The notes under the pieces are model-generated. The model ran no database searches, had not been told where the DNA came from, and saw only the letters and a program-made list of their open reading frames with translations. A program made the position numbers and the translations under genes. From a virus (taxonomy: Duplodnaviria > Caudoviricetes): DNA of 49,993 nt. The stretch is from positions 1-49,993 of the IMG/VR virus record IMGVR_UViG_3300023105_001195. One strand, written 5' to 3'. Positions 16,971-25,410 of this stretch are shown here, in pieces; within the stretch, counting starts at the first letter, position 1; each line of letters begins with the position of its first letter.

Positions 16971-17374
16971 TTTTTACTATTACCCCAGTTTTTAGCACCT
17001 ACTTTACGACACTTTACTAATGCGCCACTTGCATATGCACTGGGCCATACTTTGTAACGAGCCTTAACTTTGTGATAGCAAGCATCTTTTTTACCTGCTG
17101 CTTCGTCAAATTGTTCTTCTGTTAGTGCCGCCGATTCGTCAAAAGGCATACCCTTTAAACGCTCTGCTTCATATGCGCCCGCTTTGTCAAGAGCTGGCTC
17201 AATTTCAGGGTCTAGTTCACTTACAGGATACCCAGCGCCTTTAGAAATCCACTGTTGACCATCCCATCTATACCACTGTGTAATTTCAGGTTTAGGATGT
17301 TTGACCATTAATCCAATTGGCCAGTTACGTTTATCTGTCCAATCTTTTGCTTCTGTAAGTTGGTGTAATCGCAT
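16967..17374 (-). CDS. two-module protein with CTS-like leader
   Basis: MRLHQLTE; C-terminal DACYHKVKARYKVWPSAYASGALVKCRK module. Confidence 0.75.
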   Translation of the reverse strand: MRLHQLTEAKDWTDKRNWPIGLMVKHPKPEITQWYRWDGQQWISKGAGYPVSELDPEIEPALDKAGAYEAERLKGMPFDESAALTEEQFDEAAGKKDACYHKVKARYKVWPSAYASGALVKCRKVGAKNWGNSKK

Positions 17375-19239
17375 TATTTTTTCCCTGTGGTATTAATTTT
17401 ACTTTTAATACTTGTAAAGAAGTCAATTGCTTGTTTTTCAAGTTGCTGTTCTGCACTTTCGGCATGCATTGCTGCCATGTGCTTTTTATACTTAGCAGTG
17501 CCTTTTTTGTGTGGGCTGTGGCCTTCTGTAGCAGTTTTAGGTTCATCCATAAGATGTGCATCAATACCTGCTGTTGAATTCATCTTCCACTGTGCCGCAG
17601 CTTTTTTAGCTGCTTCATAACTTGAGCTTGCTGTGCATTTCATAGTGCCTTTTTTAGCATGTACGCACATATAATGACGCTCATCAGCTTCACGCATTGT
17701 TGCCAAATATCCGCCTGGATTACGAGTATCTCTTGGGAAGATTTCCTTCATAATACCAGGGTGCATTTTGTTAATATGGTCAAGTACACGCTCACGTGGT
17801 TCAGTGTCACCATCTAAAATTGCTGCACGGATTTCTTTGATGTCATGCCCCATTACGGCACGTGCAATATCACGGAAGTAATCAGCATCCATACCATCAT
17901 CAGCATCATCCTGCATTGCCATTTGATTCAAATGCATTGCAAGTTGCTTGTGTTCGTCAACATCGTCCATATCTTCTTCAACTGGGCCCTGTGCTGGCAT
18001 TTCTTGATGATGTGGATTCATTTCTTGATACTCTAAATAGTGCTTAACACTGCTCATATCTTCACTTGCACGAGTGATTTTTGCTTGAATCCATGGTTCA
18101 AGGTTATCAGTGTCTTGAATCATTGCATGTAATTTAATAGCATACTTTGCCATTTTGTACAGTTGGCTTTTTGCCATCCATCCGTCTTCGTCAGTATCAT
18201 CAAGCACGCCTTCAGATAGCTGATCCTTGTTATTAGATTTACTTTCTTGTTTCATTTTATCTACCTTATGCATGTTTTCTTGGTCTAACTTTCTAAAGTC
18301 ATCGTAACTAATGTACATATCCGTATCTGGATCATAATACATGCCTTCTTTCTCATCATAATAAACTACTTTGCCACTGCGTGTTGGGATTGGTCCCTCT
18401 AATCCATCACGCTTTTGGTAACGGTCACGGTCAATTGGAGGAAGTTCGTAATATCCTTCGACAAAAACTTCTACCATGTCATCGCCGTTACGTAGTGCGC
18501 CTTTTTTGACTCGTACATTCTCTTTACCGAACTCTTTAGCCGCCGCTTCTGGAGACATGCTAGTTTGCTTCCAACGTTTTTCTGCTGATTCAGTTTGTAG
18601 ACCATAGCTTGCAAACATCTTAATGATATCGTCTTTGTTGTCTTGTAGCCAATCACGTTGGTATGTATCCTTTGCCATGCTATACACATGGCCAAAAGCA
18701 TCATAGGCGTGCATGCCGTGACGAATAGCATTGTATGCGTGGTCTTCCATATCTTCATATGGCCAGTTAATCTGATGTGCTTCATTAACACTTTCGCCTT
18801 TAGCACGTTTGGTTGCAACAGCATACATAACACTTTCAGCGTCTTTTCCGTACCGCTTTTCAAAGTCACCTTTATGCTTCTTTAATTTTTTAACGTTAGC
18901 TTCACGGCTACGCTTTTCACCTGGTGTAAGTTGACGCTCTCGCATGTCATTTTCCTCATCATCTATTTCCATACCTGCAATCCGCAGTTCTAATTCATCA
19001 ATGATATCTTCTAGTTCGTCTATAGTCTTGCCATTTTTTGTAATTTCAGCACTGTGTTCTTTATCCTTGCCCCAACTTGCATCTCTTAATTGTTGCACTG
19101 CTTTAACTAGTGCACTCAATGCGTCAGGAGCATTTGGATAACGCAGTCTCAAGTCAGCCATAAATTGGGCAGTCTTTGCATCAAACCCTTTGATCTTTTC
19201 TTGTTTATCTGCCTCTTGTATGAACTGATTAATTTTCAT
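17374..19239 (-). CDS. multi-module protein with CTS-like leader (putative processed head polyprotein)
   Basis: MKINQFIQE; compositionally distinct segments delimited by x-x-E. Confidence 0.8.
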   Translation of the reverse strand: MKINQFIQEADKQEKIKGFDAKTAQFMADLRLRYPNAPDALSALVKAVQQLRDASWGKDKEHSAEITKNGKTIDELEDIIDELELRIAGMEIDDEENDMRERQLTPGEKRSREANVKKLKKHKGDFEKRYGKDAESVMYAVATKRAKGESVNEAHQINWPYEDMEDHAYNAIRHGMHAYDAFGHVYSMAKDTYQRDWLQDNKDDIIKMFASYGLQTESAEKRWKQTSMSPEAAAKEFGKENVRVKKGALRNGDDMVEVFVEGYYELPPIDRDRYQKRDGLEGPIPTRSGKVVYYDEKEGMYYDPDTDMYISYDDFRKLDQENMHKVDKMKQESKSNNKDQLSEGVLDDTDEDGWMAKSQLYKMAKYAIKLHAMIQDTDNLEPWIQAKITRASEDMSSVKHYLEYQEMNPHHQEMPAQGPVEEDMDDVDEHKQLAMHLNQMAMQDDADDGMDADYFRDIARAVMGHDIKEIRAAILDGDTEPRERVLDHINKMHPGIMKEIFPRDTRNPGGYLATMREADERHYMCVHAKKGTMKCTASSSYEAAKKAAAQWKMNSTAGIDAHLMDEPKTATEGHSPHKKGTAKYKKHMAAMHAESAEQQLEKQAIDFFTSIKSKINTTGKK

Positions 19240-19447
19240 CGTATACCCTTTTGATTACATTAGGATAGCCAGGTTGTTTCTTGCTTTCCTTTTTGTCTGT
19301 CTTACGAGCCTTTTTACTGTTAGGACCATATCCAAAAGGATCAACAGCCTTGCGAGCTTGGCTAGGCTTAGTTCCTGGTGTCATAGGCATTGCGACACTA
19401 GCAACGCCGCCAGCAGTCATTTCAGTTATGATATCATGAATCTTCAT
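19229..19447 (-). CDS. small basic protein with CTS-like leader
   Basis: MKIHDIITE; TAAATA 5 nt upstream of the ATG. Confidence 0.7.
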   Translation of the reverse strand: MKIHDIITEMTAGGVASVAMPMTPGTKPSQARKAVDPFGYGPNSKKARKTDKKESKKQPGYPNVIKRVYDEN

Positions 19448-19452
19448 AATGT

Positions 19453-19459
19453 TATTTAT
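19453..19459 (-). promoter_or_regulatory. late promoter motif (ATAAATA)
   Basis: Intergenic, directly upstream of the 19447 start. Confidence 0.6.
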
Positions 19460-19469
19460 CAGTTTAACA

Positions 19470-19697
19470 TTAATATAGTTTTTTTAGATTACGTGATTTG
19501 GCACGTTCCAATTTAGTAGTACTACGTTGTATTTTCTTCTTTTTAGCACGTACTTCACGTTCTACTTTGGGCTGTAATTGACTTAGATGTTTTACTTCCG
19601 GTGCACCTGCATATACTAGTGCATCATCTTTTGCTACACTGTTCATAGGTGCAGTTTTCTCTTCAAGAATTTCTTCTAATTTATGTGATTTTTTCAT
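19470..19697 (-). CDS. small basic protein
   Basis: AAGGAG RBS; MKKSHKLEEILEE leader. Confidence 0.7.
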   Translation of the reverse strand: MKKSHKLEEILEEKTAPMNSVAKDDALVYAGAPEVKHLSQLQPKVEREVRAKKKKIQRSTTKLERAKSRNLKKLY

Positions 19698-19709
19698 AGT
19701 AACTCCTTA

Positions 19710-20162
19710 CTATTTTTTACGACCAGCTTTCATGTTTGCACACCAGTGATACATTTTTTGTTTTTCGCCACTACTATTTTTTGCCTTGCGTCTTAACTCA
19801 GTAACACTACCGTTGCAACTAGCACCAGCACGTTTTACACGCCCTGGTCTGCTTTTGCCTTTTACTTTACCGTCCGCAAAGTTTTCATTCAATCCAAGTT
19901 CATCGACCATTATTTCTAACGCTGAATCTACATCATTTAAACCATTTTCTTCTTTTGTGCGCTCATACCAACTTCTTACAAAGTTTGATGCTGAGTGTCC
20001 ATAAGTATCTGGAGCCATCATCATTTGATAAAGAACTTGATCGGGTGCTTCTCGTTGAGACCTAACAAATTTTCTAAGACTATTTAGGTCTGTACTTTCA
20101 TTATACACTTTGCCTTTTACTTTACTGTCTTTAAAATTTTCAGTTAAATCACTCAATCTCAT
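19710..20162 (-). CDS. modular protein with CTS-like leader
   Basis: MRLSDLTE; internal NF.D.KVKGK duplication; basic C-terminal module ...HWCANMKAGRKK. Confidence 0.75.
   Translation of the reverse strand: MRLSDLTENFKDSKVKGKVYNESTDLNSLRKFVRSQREAPDQVLYQMMMAPDTYGHSASNFVRSWYERTKEENGLNDVDSALEIMVDELGLNENFADGKVKGKSRPGRVKRAGASCNGSVTELRRKAKNSSGEKQKMYHWCANMKAGRKK
19854..20142. repeat. imperfect direct repeat of about 34 bp (19854-19887 and 20109-20142) with a 17 bp exact core
   Basis: tttgccttttactttac at 19854-19870 and 20109-20125. Confidence 0.75.
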
Positions 20163-22153
20163 TACACGGGTTCCTTTGGCGGCCTTTGAAATTTATATCC
20201 AGCACTTGGATTGTCTTTTGCTGTGGGCTTTTGTAATCTAGGTTCTCTTGGGTCGTCTACGTTGTATTTTGTGTCATACTCTCTACTTGGTAGATTTCGT
20301 CTCCAATCTGGATCCTGATTTAATTGGCCCTTATAATATGTCATAATGTCTTGAAATACTTCGTCATTATCTAATGCCCAGTCAACTGCTGGGTCAAATG
20401 GATCATCTGCCAGTTTTTCTAAAGATTTATTATACTTCTGCAAGAACGGTTTTGCTAGAGCTGCAATTTCATCGTCAGTCATTGATCCAATTCCTGGATT
20501 GCCTTTTTGCATATATGTTGGTTGTCCAGTTCCTTTTCTATTGTAATAATCAATGTCTGCTTCTTTAAATGCTGTATCAGCATGTTTTTTAGCACTTGCA
20601 CCATCAGGATGTTTAGGATTAATACCAACAACTTCGCCGTTTATTAGATCACTTATATTAGCAGCTTTACCAATTTTGTCAAGTAACTGATGTAATTTAT
20701 CATTAGGGTCATAGTTGCCACTTTCATAACCACTCTTGCCACGTACTTCAGTACGCTTACCTGTATCGTTGTCTGTAATATGTAAAACGTACATATCCGC
20801 ATCACGTTCCAGTTGTAGTTTGTAACCTTCAAGCATAATGCTATTAGTAGAGTTTGATCTATACTTTTGTATATGTTCAATAAGTTCTGCTTTTGCCTGT
20901 TCAAAACTTTCACGCTTCATTAATGGTAAACTAAACCAATGTTTAAACCACTCTTCGCTACCAGGACGTAGTTTCTTTTTACGAGCTGATTTGCCACGCT
21001 CTGTTCCAGTAACACTTATATTTTCGTTTACTGGATTATATATTTTTTCCAGTGCATCTATCGTACGCTGTGGATTTCTGTCTGTATGTTTAACTGCAAT
21101 ACCGCCTTGCGCTTCCCAATTTTTAATATATTTCCCATGGTCGTCAATCAATACGTTTGCATTACCGCCTGTTGTGGCATATTTTGCTTTGTTAGTAGTA
21201 AAAATTTCCTTTTCAGCACCTGGGTTATGCTTTGCTAACCAAGTCTTTTTACCTTTAATACTTGCATCTGGTTGTCCGCCAATTGGCGCACTTAAAATAG
21301 TATACTTAACATTATTCTTTTGTAACCAATTTAGTATAAGTTTAAAGCCTGGCAATACTGGTAATTCAGCAAAAAACTTTTCAATAAACGCTGGACCTTG
21401 TGATGACATATTTTTAATACTTTGTGTAGGATCATCAATGTCTCTCCAAGTAGCAGTGGGTTTACCTGTTGTTTTTTCATGCCACTTAGCCCATGCATTA
21501 AAGAAGTCTGCCTGTACACCATCCATATCCAAGTATAAATGCGGCTTGTCATTTATATCTTCTGTTAGTCCCAAGTTAAATGCTTGGTTAGGTGTAGCAC
21601 CTTTAACGCCTAGTGGCTTGGGCTTGCCATTGCCGCCAAAGAACTTTTTAGCTTCTTTTTCTGTTTGGCCAGGTTTAACATCTATAGTAGTATTAACTCC
21701 TGGTACAATTTTTCCATCTTCTTTAACTGCACTTCGTACCGCTTTGTCAATAGCTGATTTAGTAGCCACATCTTTTACTGCTTTATCAATTGCAGATTTG
21801 GTACTAGTAGAAATACCACTGTCAGTATTATCAGTTGAGGGGGTAAGTTTTATTTCGCCGTTACGTATTTTATTAAGAGCGTCATCCATAGCTGCACTTG
21901 TTTTTGGTCCAAAATTACCATCAGTATCAATTTCATACCCTAATCCACGTAGCCAGTTCTGTGGCACTGTTGAATCTAAACTATTATCTTTACTTGGTGT
22001 ACTATAGCCTAAGATGCCATATTTTGGTGATTTAACCCAGCCTGGCCAATCAGCAATATTGTCTTCTAGATCAAAAGATGTATGTGGTACTGTAGTCGTG
22101 GCTTTATTTCTTGTAAAGTCCATATCTTCATCTAAAAAGTCATTAATTTTCAT
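20162..22153 (-). CDS. multi-module protein: CTS-like leader, PG-binding-like segment, HAD 5'(3')-nucleotidase-like domain and unknown modules
   Basis: MKINDFLDE; QNWLRGLGY..DTDGNFGPKT; LYLDMDGVQADF...ILSAP...K...LIDD. Confidence 0.8.
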   Translation of the reverse strand: MKINDFLDEDMDFTRNKATTTVPHTSFDLEDNIADWPGWVKSPKYGILGYSTPSKDNSLDSTVPQNWLRGLGYEIDTDGNFGPKTSAAMDDALNKIRNGEIKLTPSTDNTDSGISTSTKSAIDKAVKDVATKSAIDKAVRSAVKEDGKIVPGVNTTIDVKPGQTEKEAKKFFGGNGKPKPLGVKGATPNQAFNLGLTEDINDKPHLYLDMDGVQADFFNAWAKWHEKTTGKPTATWRDIDDPTQSIKNMSSQGPAFIEKFFAELPVLPGFKLILNWLQKNNVKYTILSAPIGGQPDASIKGKKTWLAKHNPGAEKEIFTTNKAKYATTGGNANVLIDDHGKYIKNWEAQGGIAVKHTDRNPQRTIDALEKIYNPVNENISVTGTERGKSARKKKLRPGSEEWFKHWFSLPLMKRESFEQAKAELIEHIQKYRSNSTNSIMLEGYKLQLERDADMYVLHITDNDTGKRTEVRGKSGYESGNYDPNDKLHQLLDKIGKAANISDLINGEVVGINPKHPDGASAKKHADTAFKEADIDYYNRKGTGQPTYMQKGNPGIGSMTDDEIAALAKPFLQKYNKSLEKLADDPFDPAVDWALDNDEVFQDIMTYYKGQLNQDPDWRRNLPSREYDTKYNVDDPREPRLQKPTAKDNPSAGYKFQRPPKEPV

Positions 22154-22155
22154 TG

Positions 22156-22560
22156 TCAGTGTCCATACTTGTCATAATACATTTGTTCTAGTTCTTTTGG
22201 ATTAATGCCAGCAAATGTTCTTGATATATCAAAAGCATAACTGCCAACTGATGATCTGCTGCCTTTACTCGTAACTAGTCTGTGTAATGCATCCAATGCT
22301 GCATTAATAAATTTGTCTTGTTGATCTTGTTTTATTTTTGCCATGATTTCACTACGGGATATTCCCTCTCCTAAAACACGACTACTCAATGCTACGCCAG
22401 CATCGTTAGCCATTTTCTTAAGTTTCCGTATACCCTGTGCAGTTTTAATCATTGTTTTGATTCCTACAACAGATGTTTTCGCTAGTACAGCTAATATAAT
22501 CAGATCAGCTAAGATGTCTGGAGTAATATTTTCCTGTACTGTAACTTCGTCTATTCTCAT
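22156..22560 (-). CDS. two-module protein with CTS-like leader
   Basis: Start MRIDEVTVQE at 22560 (ATGA overlap). Confidence 0.7.
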   Translation of the reverse strand: MRIDEVTVQENITPDILADLIILAVLAKTSVVGIKTMIKTAQGIRKLKKMANDAGVALSSRVLGEGISRSEIMAKIKQDQQDKFINAALDALHRLVTSKGSRSSVGSYAFDISRTFAGINPKELEQMYYDKYGH

Positions 22561-23624
22561 CTTTTTTTCCTTCCAGCACAATGTGCTTTCTGGCTAAACC
22601 CTTTAGGGTTATCACAATCAATACTTTTTTTGTATTTCTCGCTCCACTTTTCATACATGTGTTTAACATCACGATCACTATATGGAGCATTTTCTTTATC
22701 AATGCCTTCACCAAATTCTCTTCTATAGATTGTTTGGCGTGCAAGGTCATCATATGCGTTAATTAACCCTTCAAGCATTGCATCCATTACACCGTTATTC
22801 ATTAAATAATTAATCTGGCGGAAGCTACTTGGGTCACCACGTTCTGCTTTGTCTGCAAGTTCTCTTAGTTTACTTGCAATATTTTTTTGTAATCCACCTA
22901 CACTATACACGCCTAAACCACGAACTTCAACCTGTTTTTCCATTGGGTTTTTAATTTTACGCTCTTCACGAACACCTGAACGTTTAGATTTCTTAGGAGC
23001 ATAATTTCCCATGGTGTCAGGATCAATGTCTTTAATTTTTGGTAAGTTTACTGCTGAAGCTGGGCTAGGTTCTGGCCTATCAACTTTAGCAGGTGTTAAT
23101 TCATCATCATCTTTACGCATATCTTTAATTTTTGAATACGCTGCCGTGGCAGCACCGCCTGCTGCACCTGACATACCAGGATTCTTAATTGCTCTACCAG
23201 CCATACCTGCTGCTCGCATAAGTGCAAAGAAAAGAGGATTTTCTTCAAGAGTGTCTTCTACAGCAAACTCTTGATTGCTTGTCTTAAAGTCTTTTTTACG
23301 CATAACAGTTTTTGCAATCAAGTCAAGTTCATTGTTTTTTGTGTCCCAACGCAGTGCAAAAGGCAAGTTGATGTCAGTTTGTAGATCTTTCATCACTGCC
23401 TCTGCATCTGGCCCTAGCTTTGCGATTGGTTTACCCCACTTACGATATTCTTGTTTAAACAAACGTGTTAGCTCGCCCATTGTAATTTGTTTTTTATTTC
23501 TCTGGTCGTTAACACGATCCAAGAAGTGTCTGGTAAATTCTACATCAATACCAACTTTAGCAAACAATTTGTCTGCAAAAACTTCCAGTTGATCAATATC
23601 GCTTTGTGTAAGTGGGTTACTCAT
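22557..23624 (-). CDS. multi-module protein
   Basis: N-terminal EFTRHFLDRVND...KTVMRK domain; C-terminal KWSEKYKKSIDCDNPKGFSQKAHCAGRKK module. Confidence 0.8.
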   Translation of the reverse strand: MSNPLTQSDIDQLEVFADKLFAKVGIDVEFTRHFLDRVNDQRNKKQITMGELTRLFKQEYRKWGKPIAKLGPDAEAVMKDLQTDINLPFALRWDTKNNELDLIAKTVMRKKDFKTSNQEFAVEDTLEENPLFFALMRAAGMAGRAIKNPGMSGAAGGAATAAYSKIKDMRKDDDELTPAKVDRPEPSPASAVNLPKIKDIDPDTMGNYAPKKSKRSGVREERKIKNPMEKQVEVRGLGVYSVGGLQKNIASKLRELADKAERGDPSSFRQINYLMNNGVMDAMLEGLINAYDDLARQTIYRREFGEGIDKENAPYSDRDVKHMYEKWSEKYKKSIDCDNPKGFSQKAHCAGRKKR

Positions 23625-24097
23625 TATTTTTCTTCCATTAGTGCAACTGCCGCTGCATATTCATCCTGTGTTACTACTCCTTCATTGAGTAGTTTTTGTC
23701 TATTAGCCATGTGTTCGCCTTGAACATCGTCTTTACTTTGTCCAAAGTATGCAACTGCATGTCCTTCAGTACACATCTTTTCATTAATATTTACACCATC
23801 TAGATATACTGTTCCTAGAATACGGCCAAACTTACCTTTTTCATTGTCTAGTTCAGTACGTATAACGATTTTAGATGCATCTTCAATAGCATGCTTTAAA
23901 AAGTCTTTACTTGCTAAACCAAATACTTTTTCTACTTTATCACTAGTACGGCTTTCTGGTGTGTCAATACCAGCCATACGTACTCTGGCTTCTAATAATA
24001 CATCAAAGCCCAAATCCAAGATACAGTCAAATGTATCTCCGTCAATAATTTTTACAATGCTTCTTACTTGGTAAGCAAAGGGTGTTACGTCACTCAT
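23624..24097 (-). CDS. thermonuclease (staphylococcal nuclease-like)
   Basis: IIDGDT, RMAGIDTPE, GKFGRILG, IN..M..EGHA..Y motifs. Confidence 0.9.
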   Translation of the reverse strand: MSDVTPFAYQVRSIVKIIDGDTFDCILDLGFDVLLEARVRMAGIDTPESRTSDKVEKVFGLASKDFLKHAIEDASKIVIRTELDNEKGKFGRILGTVYLDGVNINEKMCTEGHAVAYFGQSKDDVQGEHMANRQKLLNEGVVTQDEYAAAVALMEEK

Positions 24098-24370
24098 TTA
24101 ATCTTCCTTTATCTCAATTACTAAATTCCCACTTCCTTTAATAAGCCTGTGGTATTTCTCTTTTGGTATATAATATACATGGTGTGGTAGCAATTCTTCA
24201 GGAAGCTGATTGTCTATTTGCAGTTCCCAACCTATACCACTTAACACTTTTACAAAACGATCATTATGATCACGATGCCAAACTAGTTCTCTGTCCTCAA
24301 CTGTTGACTCAAAAACTCTTGTAAATGTGTCTCCCTCCTTATCACTATCGTCATAAGGTTTTACCACCAC
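24098..24370 (-). CDS. small cupin-like protein
   Basis: WHRD...W.LQ.D...P..L......IP...YHRLIKG cupin-type His pattern. Confidence 0.65.
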   Translation of the reverse strand: MVVKPYDDSDKEGDTFTRVFESTVEDRELVWHRDHNDRFVKVLSGIGWELQIDNQLPEELLPHHVYYIPKEKYHRLIKGSGNLVIEIKED

Positions 24371-24930
24371 GTACCTCCTCCACTCAATCCTAAACTTTTA
24401 GCATATCGTGGTAATCTACAACTCCAGTAGCCTGGTTTTGTTTTGTCGTTCTTCTTTTCACAGTTATGTCTATCTGCAAAGGCTTTACGTGCTTTTGGAT
24501 CACGTAATTTGACAGCAAGATTGCCACCACCACCAGCTGCACCAAATGCAACTTTTTTAACTTTGCCTGTTTTTGGATTGCGCACATAAACATAGAACTT
24601 TTTACTGCCGCCACGCTTGGGCTTGCTTAGTTCTACTTTTTTGCCTTGATATTCCGCTTCCGCAATTGCATGATTTTCTTCACTAATAATCATGTCTAGT
24701 GGAACACGGCCAATACCTTGAAGGGTTGCCCATTCTCCCAATTGTGTATCACGAAGTATTTCTTCGTCAAACCAGTGTAAGTTGTTTAATTTACCTTCCT
24801 GGTATAATTTACGAGCTTCAACAAACATGTTAAAATATTCATCGCTACCCAAGCGGTAAACACTTTCGTGCAGTGGAATGCCACGCTCCAAGTGATAGTT
24901 TACGCCCTCGTGTATTTGTTGTGCTTTCAT
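24361..24930 (-). CDS. two-module protein with CTS-like leader
   Basis: MKAQQIHE; after IAE a basic module AEYQGKKVEL..P...KKFYVYV...HNC...GYWSC. Confidence 0.8.
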   Translation of the reverse strand: MKAQQIHEGVNYHLERGIPLHESVYRLGSDEYFNMFVEARKLYQEGKLNNLHWFDEEILRDTQLGEWATLQGIGRVPLDMIISEENHAIAEAEYQGKKVELSKPKRGGSKKFYVYVRNPKTGKVKKVAFGAAGGGGNLAVKLRDPKARKAFADRHNCEKKNDKTKPGYWSCRLPRYAKSLGLSGGGTWW

Positions 24931-24936
24931 AGAAAA

Positions 24937-24975
24937 ACCCCTTGTTATAGATGTATTTATCTAAAAACAAGGGGT
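24937..24975 (-). promoter_or_regulatory. hairpin containing the late motif in its loop and the RBS in its 3' arm (also terminator-like)
   Basis: ACCCCTTGTT..TAGAT-AAATAC-ATCTA.AACAAGGGGT-TTTTCT-ATG on minus. Confidence 0.7.
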
Positions 24976-24997
24976 ATAGGTTTAAAAGTTCTGTTGA

Positions 24998-25396
24998 TTA
25001 CTCAACGTCACCTTCGTAGTTGTCTGCATTTGTTAGTGCTGCATCATCACCAGCTTCTTCAACTGCAACAGTTGCACCAGTACCAGTGAAGTTCCATGGT
25101 TGCATTACGCCGTTATCCATAGTTACTTTACGTCCTGAAATTTTTGTTACCTGACGTGCAGTACCGTTGTCGTCAACTGTAATTGACATTTCACCTGCGG
25201 CAATTGCTGTTGCTGCTTTGTCTACAAGTGTGCATGTTTCTGTATTTGTACCGTCAGTACATACAAAACGCTTGCTGCCTTTTTGCTTTACAATCCAGCC
25301 TGGAACACTTGCTGTACCATTGTGGAATTGTACTTTGATTTCATCTCCGCCGGCTGTTGGCTCACCGAAGTATCTTTTGTTTAGTGGTCTACCCAT
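24998..25396 (-). CDS. probable virion structural protein
   Basis: Start MGRPLNKRYFG at 25396 after AAGGAG; own late motif at 25463-25468; IVKQKGSKRF motif. Confidence 0.7.
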   Translation of the reverse strand: MGRPLNKRYFGEPTAGGDEIKVQFHNGTASVPGWIVKQKGSKRFVCTDGTNTETCTLVDKAATAIAAGEMSITVDDNGTARQVTKISGRKVTMDNGVMQPWNFTGTGATVAVEEAGDDAALTNADNYEGDVE

Positions 25397-25410
25397 TTGT
25401 TTTCTCCTTT

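Noticed and set aside
20838-22007. 389 aa plus-strand ORF
   Set aside because: Antisense shadow of the 663 aa minus-strand gene, which has recognisable HAD motifs; Leu/Phe/Ser-rich, no RBS or motifs.
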